DNA from: Ramazzottius varieornatus
Lineage: Eukaryota; Animalia; Tardigrada
DNA length: 64,000 bases
Direction: 5' to 3'
Assembly: GCA_001949185.1 (NCBI GenBank)
Contig: BDGG01000010.1
Coordinates: 349,337-413,336 of the forward strand
The notes under the pieces are model-generated. The model was not told the origin of the DNA. It made no database searches and worked only from the letters and a program-made list of their open reading frames with translations. A program made the translations under genes and the position numbers. Positions 1 to 12,901 of this stretch are shown in pieces (the stretch's first letter is position 1; every line of letters starts with the position of its first letter).

Positions 1-1
1 C

Positions 2-1210
2 ATCTCGTCCAAAGGCCAACAAGAGGAACTGGCAATCCACTCTGTTGAGCTCTCCGTAATAATACGGACAACCATGAAGTAGGTAACTTTGTTTGCCGTT
101 TGGCTGTAATTTGTTGGGAAGCAGTGGTCGCCAGTAGGTGGTCGGTGTCCATCCTTGTCCATTGTGGAGCGCCACGTAAGACCAGCCGTTGCTGTGACGT
201 CGCAGCAGTACACCCGCTTGGCCTTTGCGGAAAGACACCGTCCCGGGCATTAAACTGGACAGTGTGTAGCAGGCCATCACAAGCTGTCCCTCCTGCATCG
301 TCGGACCATCGTTTTGCCCCTTGGTTGTGTTTTGCCCAGCGGCCACTTTCTTCACCAGGTTATCCCTTTTGGGTAACCCGTGATGATCACTCTTTGGGAG
401 ATATCCTCCGTCTTTCGGGGATACCAAACAGGACTGACTGCGGGTAATCTGATTCGGCCCGTTCATGGCTGCTTTCTTCCTTCTGTCTTCTGTCCCCGAG
501 CTCTTGATGAAGGCGTTGCTTTCCTTTCCCCTGGCTTCTTCAGCCTTCTCTTTAGAGAAGGAAACTTGTGAATCCGGACCGACGCACTGGATATGTCCGT
601 AGTCATCGTTGTTTTCCCTTGGCTGGACTTGCCGTACATCGGTTTCATCCAGCTCTCTCGTCATCTGTCTCTGAGGCAAATTCTGGATGGGTGTATGTGA
701 CTGCGTTTGACACTGCTGTGACAAACGGTGCTGAAGTAAGCTCTCCAGCATTGCGGCTCGGTGTTTGAAGGCCGAAGAAGCCGTTGAATTGACAGTTCTC
801 GAACAACTCCTGTTCTCCTCGTATTCCCCCACCCGATCAAGGAAGCCTTCGTCGGATGACGAGACGTTACTCTGGACTTTGGTCGAGGCTGCTTTGGGAG
901 CTGGTTGGTTGGGCTTGGTGGGGGAAGGTGGTTCGCCGTCGGAAGACGAATCTTGTCGTTGAGGCGAGTAGCCGCTGGTGCCCAGTCCTTCGTCGACATC
1001 CTCCTCGTCTTCGGCGAGAGGTGGCATGTGATTTTCGGGCCACGAGCTGTATGTACCGTACGTGACAGCTGGCGGAGCGGTGCCGGTCCTCCGCTGGTGG
1101 CTGAGTGTAGAGGCGTCAGGCAAGACGACTGGACTTTGACATCCGCTGTTATAACCTTCCTCCCTGAAAGCGAAAAGTCTAGATGGTGCTTCATCGCTAC
1201 TTGTAAGGAT
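2..1210 (-). CDS. Partial SH3-SH2 adaptor-like protein (low-complexity region, divergent SH3, start of an Nck/Dock-like SH2); continues off the left edge
   Basis: Hand translation: the minus frame is stop-free from ~1255 to 2 and ends ...GQAGVLLRRHSNGWSYVALHNGQGWTPTTYWRPL...GCPYYYGELNRVDCQFLLLAFGRD. This matches the SH3 GW..P..Y pattern and the SH2 start (W/Y)YYG.I.R..C. The upper exon boundary is approximate. Confidence 0.7.
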   Translation of the reverse strand, partial: MLTSSDEAPSRLFAFREEGYNSGCQSPVVLPDASTLSHQRRTGTAPPAVTYGTYSSWPENHMPPLAEDEEDVDEGLGTSGYSPQRQDSSSDGEPPSPTKPNQPAPKAASTKVQSNVSSSDEGFLDRVGEYEENRSCSRTVNSTASSAFKHRAAMLESLLQHRLSQQCQTQSHTPIQNLPQRQMTRELDETDVRQVQPRENNDDYGHIQCVGPDSQVSFSKEKAEEARGKESNAFIKSSGTEDRRKKAAMNGPNQITRSQSCLVSPKDGGYLPKSDHHGLPKRDNLVKKVAAGQNTTKGQNDGPTMQEGQLVMACYTLSSLMPGTVSFRKGQAGVLLRRHSNGWSYVALHNGQGWTPTTYWRPLLPNKLQPNGKQSYLLHGCPYYYGELNRVDCQFLLLAFGRD

Positions 1211-3224
1211 CAATTTTCTCCACAGAAAGTTGAAACTCAAGGGCTGCAGTGCAGTGGGCTATTTAAGACACATGCATCCGAAGAAAGAGGCTTTTGCTGC
1301 GAGTATCTATGACCGAAAGATCGTGGCGCTTGATGAGCCCTGATATTTCGTCCGAAAGACCGATTGTATATGGCCGATATTCTCAAAGAAAGCCCTACTC
1401 ACGGATCTATGTCGGGCCAGCCATTGAGGTAGGAAAATAACGAATCGATATCCCGATGAATCCGGCTGGTTTCCCATTCCGCACCAGCAGGTCCTCCGCA
1501 CCGACTGTTCTTTCCGTTATCCTCCTCGGTGATATCATGCATCCTTCTTTGGCCTGTCAATTTCAAGTTGCAAGTTCGAATTTCCAGATCGGCAAATGAA
1601 CAGTAGAAACGAGTGCTAGGTTTGTGAATCGGTCATACAAAGCGGCGTGGTGAAAGTTACCGCGAAGATTGTTTTACAATAGCAGTTGATCCACTACATG
1701 AGCTTCTGGCTGTGCGAGATAAACTGCCAAATATGGCTTCTCACAAGATTCATACCGTGTGAGCAACCAAGTATCAACAGACTTTATCGCATTATCTAGA
1801 TATACGAACGTCTAATGCCATCAATTCCACCGTCGCCGTCAAGTACCCTCGGCGGGCCGATGAAATAAAGATGGCGTCCGACATAAATGCGCGTTTTGTG
1901 GGGCTTATTCTTACCAAATTAATCGTATTGATCTGAGAACTTTCGCGAGTCATAATTATTGTGACTATGTAGCTGACTGTCGCGTAGCCCAATTGCAGTA
2001 CTTCGCCAATTATTATTGACAGAACCAAGATAAGGACGTGACTGTTTCGAACATGAACCCTCAAAAGCATACGAATTTGACTATTCGAAGATTTCCAGTC
2101 ATGGGGGTTACATGTCTTGTTTCAGGCATCGTTAATCACATTTCTTTTGATGGCTATTAATTAACATATGAAGATAAAATACGTTCATGCACATTACAAT
2201 ACATGATCGTGGTACAAAAGAAACAGCTTGGTATCATTAGAGAGTCAACGAAGTGTTTGCAGTTCAAGTACGCGCGAAGTGCGAACAAAAACAAATTGTA
2301 GGTTCTCCTTGCACCGAACGAATAATCATAGAGTATTATTTGTTAATATGAAGTTTAGTTGAATGTTCGGCGTTAACCTGACGCCGAGTATTATGATTAA
2401 TGAGTATAGAGTATTCTAGTGGAGCAACGAGAGCAAATCTCTTCGCAGCCAGGCATGGATTGATGGGCATGCACAGCGAATGAGCGGTAGTGATACGGTA
2501 ACAAAAGAAAACTTGACGTGGTGTTCCAACTTATTCAAAGCATTGAATATTTTGTGTTGCTGGAAGCACAAGTGTGGAAATGCGGCCGGAACCTGACATT
2601 TCAGAAGAAATGGACTTTGCTGTTTCAAAGATGGCCCACGCCGATATTTTTTTAAATAAAATATCCTTGTTAGCATACCGGCAAGACTTCCTGTTATATG
2701 TACAACCGCGTGACAAGTCTGGTGGAGCACGCTATACTGGTACCGACCATATACATGCACTCGCGGCGGGCACGGCGGCGTTTTGAATTATTAAAAGTGG
2801 CTATACGCTATAGCACGCGGCCAAAAAATGACAACGATGCGACGCATACTGCACTTCCTAATAATCCAGTCTCCCACTGCATACGTACAACATAGCATCG
2901 TACGTAATCTGGATATCGGACGACCGAAAAACCCGAAAACAAAGTTCTCTACACTAGTAAGACGGGTTTTACCTTCGTCGGAAGGCTGCAGATCCAATCC
3001 ACTCCGGCATCGCGCGGTGTCCAGATCGTCCAAAGCATCCGATGATCCATAGGAACTTTGGCCAGAGCTACTACAGTGACCGTTTAGCCTGTAATTAGAA
3101 TTAATTACAGTGGTAAGGTTGTTCCTGTGTCATGGCTGTGATCGTTCCGACACAAGAAGTAATCGTAGAAAACCGGCGATCAACCAGTGACCATTGCAGT
3201 GTAGCGCGTGTGTGTGCGAGGAAT

Positions 3225-3695
3225 AGTCCTCCTCACGACAGGCCGTAAAACTCCGTTGATTGTGTTGATCTTGAAAGTGGATTACCAAGTTCCGTTTTCA
3301 AGATAAGCAGCCCTCGAGTAGCTTATCTTGAAAGCAAAAACGGATTGTTATCTGCACGCTTGATTCAAAATTTCAAATTTTCATTTCTCAGCTGATCCCT
3401 GTCTGCTCAGTGCTTCACGTTGCGAGATACCGTTTCACGTATGGGCTTCTTGATTGTCGGGGATATCGACAGACAGAGACTAGCCAGAGAGAAAACCATG
3501 AATTTCAGCCTACGTAGTCAGGACGCAAAGTTTGTCTACAAACCTACCCCGTAAAACTCGCGCATTTCCGCTCCCGTTTCCGAGACTTTCGAAAAACGCA
3601 ATTTTTCTTCACTCACGACTAATTTCCGTTGATTAAGCAAACTCAAATTTTAAAACAACCGCTTGCGACATAAACAGCTCGTCGTGAGGAGGACT
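3225..3695. mobile_element. Harbinger/PIF-type MITE (471 bp)
   Basis: 15-bp TIRs AGTCCTCCTCACGAC...GTCGTGAGGAGGACT with a 3-bp AAT TSD on both sides. Both ends match the termini of the transposase-bearing element at 50989-53883. Confidence 0.9.
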
Positions 3696-3797
3696 AATAT
3701 CTATGTTGTTGGTATCGAAAATGGAGTTCATTGGTGTATTATTGATAGCTAGATTTCCAGAAAATAAATGTCACAGCCCGTTGTGCCCGGTCCGTAC

Positions 3798-4185
3798 CTT
3801 GCTTGTTGCTGATAAGCAGCCGGAAGATTTTTCCGTGGAGGTTTCTGCGGTGACTTGATCTTGAGGGATTTCACTTCATCCAAGTCGAAATCGACCCTCT
3901 TACGAACCGACGATGAGTATAAACTCTGCTGGCTACTGGACTGACTTGTTCGACCAGGTAGCCGCAATGTTGAGCCTGTAGGCGAGAACACCGGCTGCAC
4001 TTGAGGGCTCGTTGAGGAAGTTTGTGAAGGTGCTAGCTTGCGTCGTAAACTAGTCAGTCTGTCAACACGATCTACATCCCCATAGACCAGTAGAGAGGGC
4101 GCACTTCCCGAAAAGGTCGAATCGAAACTGTGCCGCGGTCTGTTTTGCGGATCCCATTCCCCCTGAAGCTCCCGAACATTCAACC
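3798..4185 (-). CDS. Probable internal coding exon (Ser/Pro-rich), possibly an upstream exon of the SH3-SH2 gene
   Basis: Open frame (HSFDSTFSGS...KPPRKNLPAAYQQQAR) bounded by a TGTAG acceptor and a GTACGG donor on the minus strand. No recognisable domain. Confidence 0.4.
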
Positions 4186-6044
4186 TACAGCAAAACCGCA
4201 CCCGTAACTTCCGCACCGGAACCGTTCAACATACCTCCAAGTGAGTGAATTCCAGAATAATTAAACACACTCACAGGTCGGGTAACGGTCCGTGGTTGGA
4301 TTTTGAAACTCGACTCAATGGCTGGTTGCCCATTTCACCGCCCAGAACCTCAGTATTCAAACTTCATTATGAGGTATTCATGGATGTGTCATGGCATAGC
4401 TGTGACACTCGTTGACATTCTGGGATGTCCATGTCAGAAATGCCCAAACGTCGGCAAAATGACTGTTTGATCGAGGTGATGAACTGTATCTATCCGGAAA
4501 TTATTCGCTCGACTGAGCAAAACAACTAGAACACAGATTGACCACAAAGATGTCTTCCAGTACCAATTCAATATCAAATCTAAATGCCATTCTTTCGAGA
4601 CAGACAGATAATGGCTTCAGAGAGGCGTCAGTTCGTGAGGGAAATATGATGTAAGTGGGGTAATTAATTATGCGGCAGCCACTGTGCAACGATCAGCCGA
4701 CAAAGAGCGGCCATACAGCCAGACTTGTACCACAAGATCTCCGTGGATTCTCGACTAACACACGACCAGCGGTACTGTCCCATCAAACAAAGACTAGGAT
4801 AAATGGCGGTATTGTGGTACCATGTTGATGCGTGAAGTTGAATCCAAACGTCGGCGGTCAAAAATAGACAATGGGCATTGTGACTTACAAATAGGCTATA
4901 AATGCTTGATGGTATAGGTAAGACACTCGGCAGATTTGATATTAAGGTTGTTTGGCCGACCAGCTACTTATTTTGATACTTGACAGTTGACCGTCTTATC
5001 GTGCTCGGCTTAGCCAATAGCTTACGCATCGTGATGAGGCTGTGCGTCACTATGCGTTCGCTCTACCGAACTACCGGCGATGGTAATGATCGCCGGTAGC
5101 ATAAATTGCATATTTTTGCACGAAACTGCCTCTTCCGAGATCCGAGGAACAAACTGGAGTTATCATATCTAGAGATCACATCTGGTTATTTGAAAGTTTT
5201 GGAGACATATACTGCGCCACCTGAGTGAACCCGCGCACCCAACGCCGTTACAGAGACTCACTCTTCCTTTGGACAATTATCGGAGCTCTGTTGCATATGT
5301 TTGGTGCGTTTTGTATTATCCCGTAGAGTTCACTAGCTTAGGCAGTGGATTTGGAATGGCGGGCGATGCGTTTTCGATTTTTTAATGGAATTATTTTCTT
5401 GAATTAAACCAACAAGGAAGTGCTTGCCGTAGCGCAGTCACCAGTTGTTCAGTGGAGAGGAAAAACGGAGAGTTTGCGTTGACACAAATCCATAGTGATG
5501 ATTATACGGTAGGCTGCGGACTTGCTCGTCCATTCTACCTCACAAGTCTCTCAACGAACTGGCGGACCAAGAAGAAATGCCATCAAATATTGTCATGCTC
5601 TGATGACTATGACACCTCATTTGACTGGCAAATACTGTACGATCTGTACAAAAGCGGAATCTTTGTCGGAGATACTTTCGGAGCCGGGGTTCAGAAATTC
5701 GTTTCGAAAATAGTTTTATCTGTCGGAGATAAAGAAGCTGCGGAAGCACACTGTTTATTGTCATACAACTACAGTCGAAGTGGTTAAAAACGAATAATAC
5801 CTAGAAGTAAAACAAGCCAGGTTTAGAGGGTTCAGAACATGCACAACCGGGCGACAATCCTACTGACGAGTAAAAACCAAGAATCCATCGTTATGCTACA
5901 GAGTACGTACTAAGTTAGGTAAAAAATGAAAAGACGAAACGGGGTTCGCAATGAATTTCACAACATGCACTGGGAGTGGGTTAAAAAAGGCATAGAAAGC
6001 AAGACGACGAATCAAAGCATAAAAAGGGTCCTGAAGCGAAGGCC

Positions 6045-7257
6045 TCACATCGTCAGCTCCATAATCGCTGGAAACAGAAATAATCTAGATCAAACCGTCT
6101 TGATAATACCAACAGATTCTCGAACTTACCATTGACGATATCGCCATCGTTGCGTTTGAGGGCTTTCACAGCTTTTGTCCGTTTGACACCGGCTTGCGTC
6201 ATGACCAGTTGGATATCGTTGACGTCAATACCGCTTTCGTCCATCTCGGGACCTTCTTCCGTGTCAGACTCTTCGATCTTGGTCATGGAAGACCCCGATG
6301 CTTCTTTTCCGTGCTGATGTCCGGTGTGGTCACCGCCGCCCAATCCAAGGTGAGCCAAGCTCCTCTTGTCATCCCCTCCCAGGAAGTCAGGGTTCTTAAG
6401 CCGTTCCAGGGACTGTAGCTGCGCTTGGTGACTAAGGTCTTCGATCTTGGCTTCACCGAAGACTATGTAGTGATCCGAGCCAGGATGACGGTACACCTAC
6501 GATATCAAAATCTCAAACTGCGCGGAAGAACCGAGATAACTCATCAAAAACGTCTACTTAACTGATACTCACATCAGGGTTCTGAATAACGAACAGGATG
6601 TTCTTCGACTTCCGAATAGTCACTCTCGTAATTCCCGGGACTGGCTTTAATCCGAGCTGCAAACGAAAGTGAGAACAACTTCCAGGCGTGCAAAAGAGTG
6701 GGAGAGAGGCGAAGAGACCGCAGGCGAAAGTAAGCAGTGAAAGTTTGGTCAATCAACAATCAAGACAAGCAGCCTTTAAAATTTCAATCAGCTGCTTCGG
6801 ACTGTGTAAACCAAACATACTGACGCACGACGTCACCACGCGCGTGTAACAGGACTCTTCAGCATCGCCAACGTAGGTAAAACTCTCGACGTCATATAAC
6901 GCAGTATATATTTCGACAACACTGTTTTGAATCGGTCTATCTCACCTTCATCAAAGTCTTCCATGCTTTCTTCTCGCCGCGACTCTGCTTGCCAGCCAGA
7001 TGAACATTATCACCGGTCAGATTAGCTTCGCCTGATGCTCTTGTACCGCCGGCAGCCTTTGCGGCATCGTTCTCTTCCAGAGCGGGTACATCGTCGTCAC
7101 TGGACTCCTCCAGTGCCGAGCTTTCGTCCTCGCCGTTTCCACCCGCCTCTTCCGTCTCTTTGCCGCTGGACTGCACCTCTTCTTTCGCAGCCTGTTGGTT
7201 ACCTTTCTTACCTTTCTTCCCAGAAGCACTGGGCTTGGATTCCGCAGACGCAACCAT
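6045..7257 (-). CDS. NACA: Nascent polypeptide-associated complex subunit alpha (4 exons)
   Basis: [37 protein letters not shown] and [13 protein letters not shown] (NAC domain), plus a UBA-like [36 protein letters not shown]. Introns are GT-AG. Confidence 0.95.
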
Positions 7258-7629
7258 TCTTCGGGTGAGTCGAAGCGCCGATATTGGGCTAACTGGGGAA
7301 ACCGATGCAGCTCTCTCGCAGAACGCAATCTTATTCTTGCAAATGATCCTACCTTCGATATTGCTCTCAACAAACCGACGATTGTGGTGCCGGATATCAA
7401 GGCTGGAAAGTGCAAAAATCGGAAAACTAAGTTAGTCGAGCAAAAAAGTCTCGAGCAGGATCAAACGGTATGACGTCGCTTATGCGTCACCGCGCTGACC
7501 GAGGGGTAAACGCGCCAAAGAACCATTCACAGTTGCCTGATCTTCAACCAGAACTATGCTCTTTGCTTGCATTCGCAGAGTCATGAAGGAGCTGAGAGAT
7601 GTGGCTCAGGAACCACCCAATGGTCAGGG

Positions 7630-8180
7630 AGAAGGCTCCTTCGGCAATGGTGACCATCAGCTCCTGCACGGTCGCGGTGGCAAGGAGCTCAGTTGAGCGC
7701 CTCTGACGAAGCCCGTACTGATGGTCCGACAGGAGGGATTGTCCCTCCAGAAGTGTACGAAGTCTTCCGGCAATCACAGCTTCCAGAATTTTGGACAGGT
7801 GATGAAAGAGGGAGATGGGTCGCCAGCTGGCACACTTGGTACTGTCGAGCGAGCCTTTCGGAATGCGCGTGATTTACGAAGTCTTCCAACAGCTAGGGAA
7901 AACATCTGAGAAGAAGCACGTGTTAAACAACATCACCAGACGAACGATAATTTCGGACCCAGAATGAGACAACAAGTCGGAAGAGAAAAGGAATGGCCCA
8001 AAAGCTTTTACCGGTACAAGGACGTGCTTCAGGGCGTTGGATACTTCGGCGTGAGTGATCGGTTCGGGGACGTCTCCCGTATCGATAGGCAGTGGCGAAT
8101 GGACACAGTAAGAACTACACGGCTGTTGGAATGATGCAAACCATTCATTCAGAAGGTTTGCTTTGTTCGGGTCCTCAAAT
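7630..8180 (-). mobile_element. Degenerate non-LTR (LINE) reverse transcriptase fragment
   Basis: Translates to KANLLNEWF...FPSCWK...WRPISLFHHLSKILEAVIAGRL...HQYGLRQRRST (RT domains 0-2) with an internal stop. Confidence 0.85.
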
Positions 8181-8818
8181 AAAAATCAGGTACTACATGA
8201 CCAAAAATTTGCGGATCCATATTTCGTGACCCATACCAGGTTACCATCTAGTCAGATTACCGCCCACTCGAAGTTTCGCTCACCTCATGGAAAGGTTGTA
8301 GTTTTGTGACAGAAGCAACTACTATGGAAGAAACATAGTTATCAAGTCTTAGCCTTGACGGTAAAGACTATTGGCTCTGATACAGCAAACTCCAAATTCC
8401 ATTTCAACAGAAATCGGGAAGGAAAACGTGAATTCGCGAATTTAAGGAATACATTGCCGAAATTGCGTTTATAACATTCAACTCATGGATGTTACAGTAC
8501 AAACAAACCCAACTGTACATACGACAACAGTTTCCTGTGGTTGCCTATCATATAGATTGTTCGCAATGTGACGCAACAAGGTTTACTGTTAAACATTTAT
8601 CGAAATTTTCATCGATGCGGGGCGGGCGGAAAACAGTCACATCAAATACTAAGCGAGCCCAAGCGGTAACAATTTCAGCAGATTTCAGGGCGGAANNNNN
8701 NNNNNNNNNNNNNNNNNNNNNNNNNNNNNNNNNNNNNNNNNNNNNCGCTTCCGCGTGGACCCGCCGCACGATCCAATTCCCTACTCTAGATCAGATGTTG
8801 TCATTTTAGCCTCGAAGG

Positions 8819-8860
8819 TAGTGCTGGGATAAATACGATAAAATACAATATGATATTTTC
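8819..8860. repeat. Solo terminus of the hAT-type MITE family seen at 54312-54951
   Basis: TAGTGCTGGGATAAATACGATAAAATACAATATGATATTTTC is nearly identical to 54312-54353. Confidence 0.75.
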
Positions 8861-9107
8861 AGCTCTCCAGCTAGACCTGAGAGAATGGCGTTTGTTGAGG
8901 AAATACGACGTGACCGACGTCGAGGAACGAGAAGAGATCCAGGTGAGACGGCAGCGGGAGCGCCGGAAGGGTCCACAGTCCACACGAAGTTAGCAGCTGA
9001 TTGTCTGACAAGGAACTGCAAACTGCGCAACCTGCTCCGCCAAACTGGCTCCGCTACACATCAGGAAACACGATCCGCACTAAACGATCAGGCTGATTGC
9101 TTGATGG

Positions 9108-12100
9108 TATTGATGCTCTACTCGGGCAAAATGGCATCTAATATACTATTACTTACTATTCGCCATCAGTTTGAGTTCTAATTAATTGCTACTTAATATA
9201 CTAAAACTTCCGCCTGATCTAATTTACTTTACTACAGTAACTTCCGTTTAATCTCCGTAGTAAAATATATTTTACTACTGAAAGCAAAGTTTCAGATCTT
9301 AGTAACAAGCCGCACTGGGTAACAAATTACGAACCGCTTACAAATGTTACCGGGAGAACAGAGACCTTAGTCATCGAGATCGGGCAAATACTCTGTATTT
9401 CGCAAAGAAAGTATTTTTCTTTCGAGATTGTGGCCGGCTAGTTTTTTTTTCCCCATTGTTGCAGCTGAGCCAATGGAAAAAACTCTTTCCGGTGCACTCG
9501 AAGCAGCCGGTATGGCTAGAATGTCCAAAGCCACACGGCTCAGTAGAGGGAACTTTCCCGCATTCTGTATCCAGAAGAGCTCTGGATTGTCATCAGTATT
9601 ATCTTCCGTACTAGCAGGTAGACTGTTAAAAGTTTGGATTTCCAAATCAAACGGCGAATTATGAGGTGCGACCTCCGAACTTGCAGCGACGAAAAAGTCC
9701 AAGTCATCGTCAGTGTTGAACTTGGAGGTGACATTCGGATCAGCAGGTTCAGGGAGTATGTCTGAGCAAAGAAAGTTTAGAATTTAGCGATAAACAAATT
9801 AAACTAATCAGCTGAACGGTCGAACGTGTACCTGGAATGTTTTGTTCGTACCAATCACTGCTCTTTAGTGCGAGCCATCTGGAAGCAAGGCTCGCCACCC
9901 GATGTGGCAGAGTGAGGCGCAGTTTCTTGTGAAGAAAGGTGCTCGCAATGTTCACTGCATCAAACTTCGGATCACGTTCATTGATCACGTATCCCAACAC
10001 GCGAGATAATTCTGATTCCATCGCCAATATGACCTACAAAATACAAAAGCCTTTGCAACTTAACGAAAAAAATCGAAACGAGTATAAAACGTTAATACCA
10101 AAAACAGATCACATAGCGCACAAGAACACCTACTTGATCGAACGGGTTATCGAGGTGGAAGCTAGAGAAGTCCAGCTTTGATAATGCATCACGGATGCAT
10201 TCCAAATGTCGAACCAGCCCGTTGATGTAGAAGTGGACCCGATGAATAGTTGCCTCCTTATCAGCGCTCAGCTTATCCGTAACCTGCAATCGGAAAGAAA
10301 CATCGGCATACAAATTCGATTGTAAATGTCTAGCCACAGCTGTACTGTGACACGTACAGTGTTAAATTTGTCCAATAGTTTTATTATATATCTGATGATA
10401 ACCCATTCTCCCGGTGTAAGACCTGGAATCTTCAGGTGCCGTGCCATGATTTCTTTTACGGAATCTTGTACTAGATCCAGGCGCTTAAGAAACAGCAAAG
10501 TTGAATTCCATCGAGTTGAGATCAGCAATCAAAGTCAGGTTCGTGGCTTTGATGAGTTCGCCGGTAGCAACGGTGGACATTCTGAATGTCTTCACTATGA
10601 CTCGGGCTTTCCTGATGATGGGCTTCAGCGTCTCGTCTTTCTCAAATACACGAACAGCCGTCTGCAAACGATGGATAGTACAGCTGTGGCGCTTAATTCT
10701 AAAAAGCGAAAAAATACGTTATCATTCAGTTGGTGAAGTAGGATCACATGCCTAACTTCTAGATGTTTATAAGATTTATGGCTCTGAAATGGAAAACATT
10801 ACCTTCCGTCGAAAACCCTGTCGCACTGCTCTTCAAACTGCATGTATTCGTCAACTTCTTCTACTACATTGGCCTCTTCTGTGTCATCGGAGGTCACTGT
10901 TACACCCTCCTCATCCTCGTCCGATTCGTTATGACTGTCTGAACCATTTGAGTCAACGAAGGCTTTGAAAGCGGCTACCATGTTCGATCCGTTGTCGGTC
11001 ACCATGGCGGATATCTTGGAAGGTGCAATATCCCATTCAGCCAGAATATCCATTGTACGTTTGAACAGCCGAGCAGCAGTGTGTGGAGGTGGAAAGGTGC
11101 GACAAGCTAGTGTCATTCGTCGCATAACTTTGGAGTGAGGATCGTACAGGCGAGCAGTCATTCCAAGTTTGGATTCAGTCATTCCACGCTTCGTCCAAAT
11201 ATCTGTAATGAAATAAGTACACGTTAAACATTAACGAATGTTGATTTTGTCAAATGAACCTTCGAAGGAGAACAGTCCGACCTGCTGACAAGGAAATCTT
11301 TCGAGAACGACGCAGTACAAATTTCATGTTGGTCAGCAGCTGCTTGTAGACTTTGTCCATCTCGGTATTCACAGCTTTTCTACCGAACGCAGGCGATCAA
11401 GGGTCATGTTTCATGAAGACACGTTGAGTCGCAGGATTGGCACAGAGTGTTGGCGTCGCGGTGGTACGTAAACACCACAATGCACGTTCGCGTAGGACAG
11501 CTCGATATCTGCAATAAGGAACGAAATGCGATGAATAGATCAATTATCAGTCACCAGCAAGCAACAGAAAAATGAAATCAATCTTACTTGAAACTTCCCT
11601 CCTCGTACGGATGTGAAGTCTCAAAGCTGAGTTTAGGCTGGATCATCGTCACGCTTGATCCCTGCTGCTTGCTTTTCTTGACATCTTTGCGACATTTCTC
11701 CTGCTCTTCATATTTTCCATAAGCCTGAGGATGATGATTTCTGAGGTGAGCCACAGCATTTCCGGTGTTACCGGCAGGCTTGACTTCATGTAGGCAGTAT
11801 TGGCATGTACGACTACCTATCTCGACATCTTCGGTGTAGTGTTGCCATACTGCAGATGCTCTCTTTGGGCCACCAAGTCGTTTGCGCTTCACGTTAGCAA
11901 CCGAAGACGACGTTGATGAGCACTGAGGACTAGGAACAGGCGGATCATCATTCGCAGAGTCCGAAACGTCATCATCAGTAATGTTGATCACTGCTGGGCT
12001 GACTACGGCTTCCTTGGTGGGAGCAGAAAATTTTCCATTCCCGGCTGGAGGCTTCTTCAGAACGCGTTGTGTCTTCCCTTTGGTCGGTAAAGGCATGGCT

Positions 12101-12612
12101 GATGAGTAGCTATGGGATAGGTCCTACCTAATCATAAGCAAACTAGAAGGACGCAAAAAAAACTAGCCGATCGTTCCATATTGAGCTTTCAGCAAAACAC
12201 AAATAATTCGAATCTCCGCCATCACGCACCGGCAAACCGTCAATCCAGCTCGTCTAAGGAGTACAGAGTATGTAGGCGCATGGCCATCTTGTGTTAGCCC
12301 TGCGAAGCCAACTTCTGCTGACATAGGGGCGGGATATGCGGTGTGCGCTGTCTTCTGGGCGTTGCCCCAGATATCAGGGCGCCTACTATAGTACGTCAGT
12401 GCGCGCTTCAGACGTATTATACTATATTTTAATATCGTAAACGCTTGATCGAATGTTACTATAATATCTCGGTTTCCGTTGTGACTTACTTTACTATTAA
12501 TTTTCTGTGTCGCAGTCCAGTGCATTCACTTAATATTACTTACTATAGTATATGCTAAAAGCATCTACTTTCACATACTTTAATATACTTTTACTATAGT
12601 AGAACATCACTA
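9108..12612 (-). mobile_element. Full-length hAT DNA transposon (3.5 kb)
   Basis: Imperfect TIRs TATTGATGCTCTACT / TAGTGATGTTCTACT, a perfect 8-bp TSD CTTGATGG (9100-9107 and 12613-12620), TACT-rich subterminal repeats and an internal transposase. Confidence 0.93.
9367..12096 (-). pseudogene. Spliced hAT transposase (BED zinc finger, DDE core, hATC dimerisation domain), probably frameshifted
   Basis: SAVWQHY...CQYC...NTGNAVAHLRNHHP (BED), VTDNGSNMVAAF, TRWNSTLLFL and FW...FPLLSRVALDILAIPAASSAPERVFS (hATC). Several GT-AG introns; a frame switch near 10525. Confidence 0.85.
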
Positions 12613-12826
12613 CTTGATGGCTGATCGGTCGTTTTCGGCAGTATACCGAGTGTGACGTCACTACCAAAGTACATTCGATTTTGATTCTTGATTGCGTCAA
12701 GCACAAACCCCGTCAACTCAGCTGTGAGCTGTTCATTTTTCACGCCTTTCCGGTGTCTTCCGTTGCTTTTTCTGCCCGCCGCTGCGGCGTCTCATTTGTT
12801 CGACTGACTCCCACTGCTGTATCAGG

Positions 12827-12901
12827 ATGGATTTGAAGTTTGTGAGTGTTCCGATGAAGCCATACGATGGCCAGAAGCCCGGCATCAGCGGTCTGCGCAA
12901 A
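12827..12901 (+). pseudogene. PGM1: Phosphoglucomutase N-terminal fragment (25 codons) fused to a LINE
   Basis: MDLKFVSVPMKPYDGQKPGISGLRK matches the conserved PGM start motif KPY.GQKPGTSGLRK. Confidence 0.75.

Noticed and set aside
661-1312. ORF-track calls 661-1194(-) and 905-1312(+)
   Set aside because: They are alternative-frame and antisense shadows of the longer SH3-SH2 frame.
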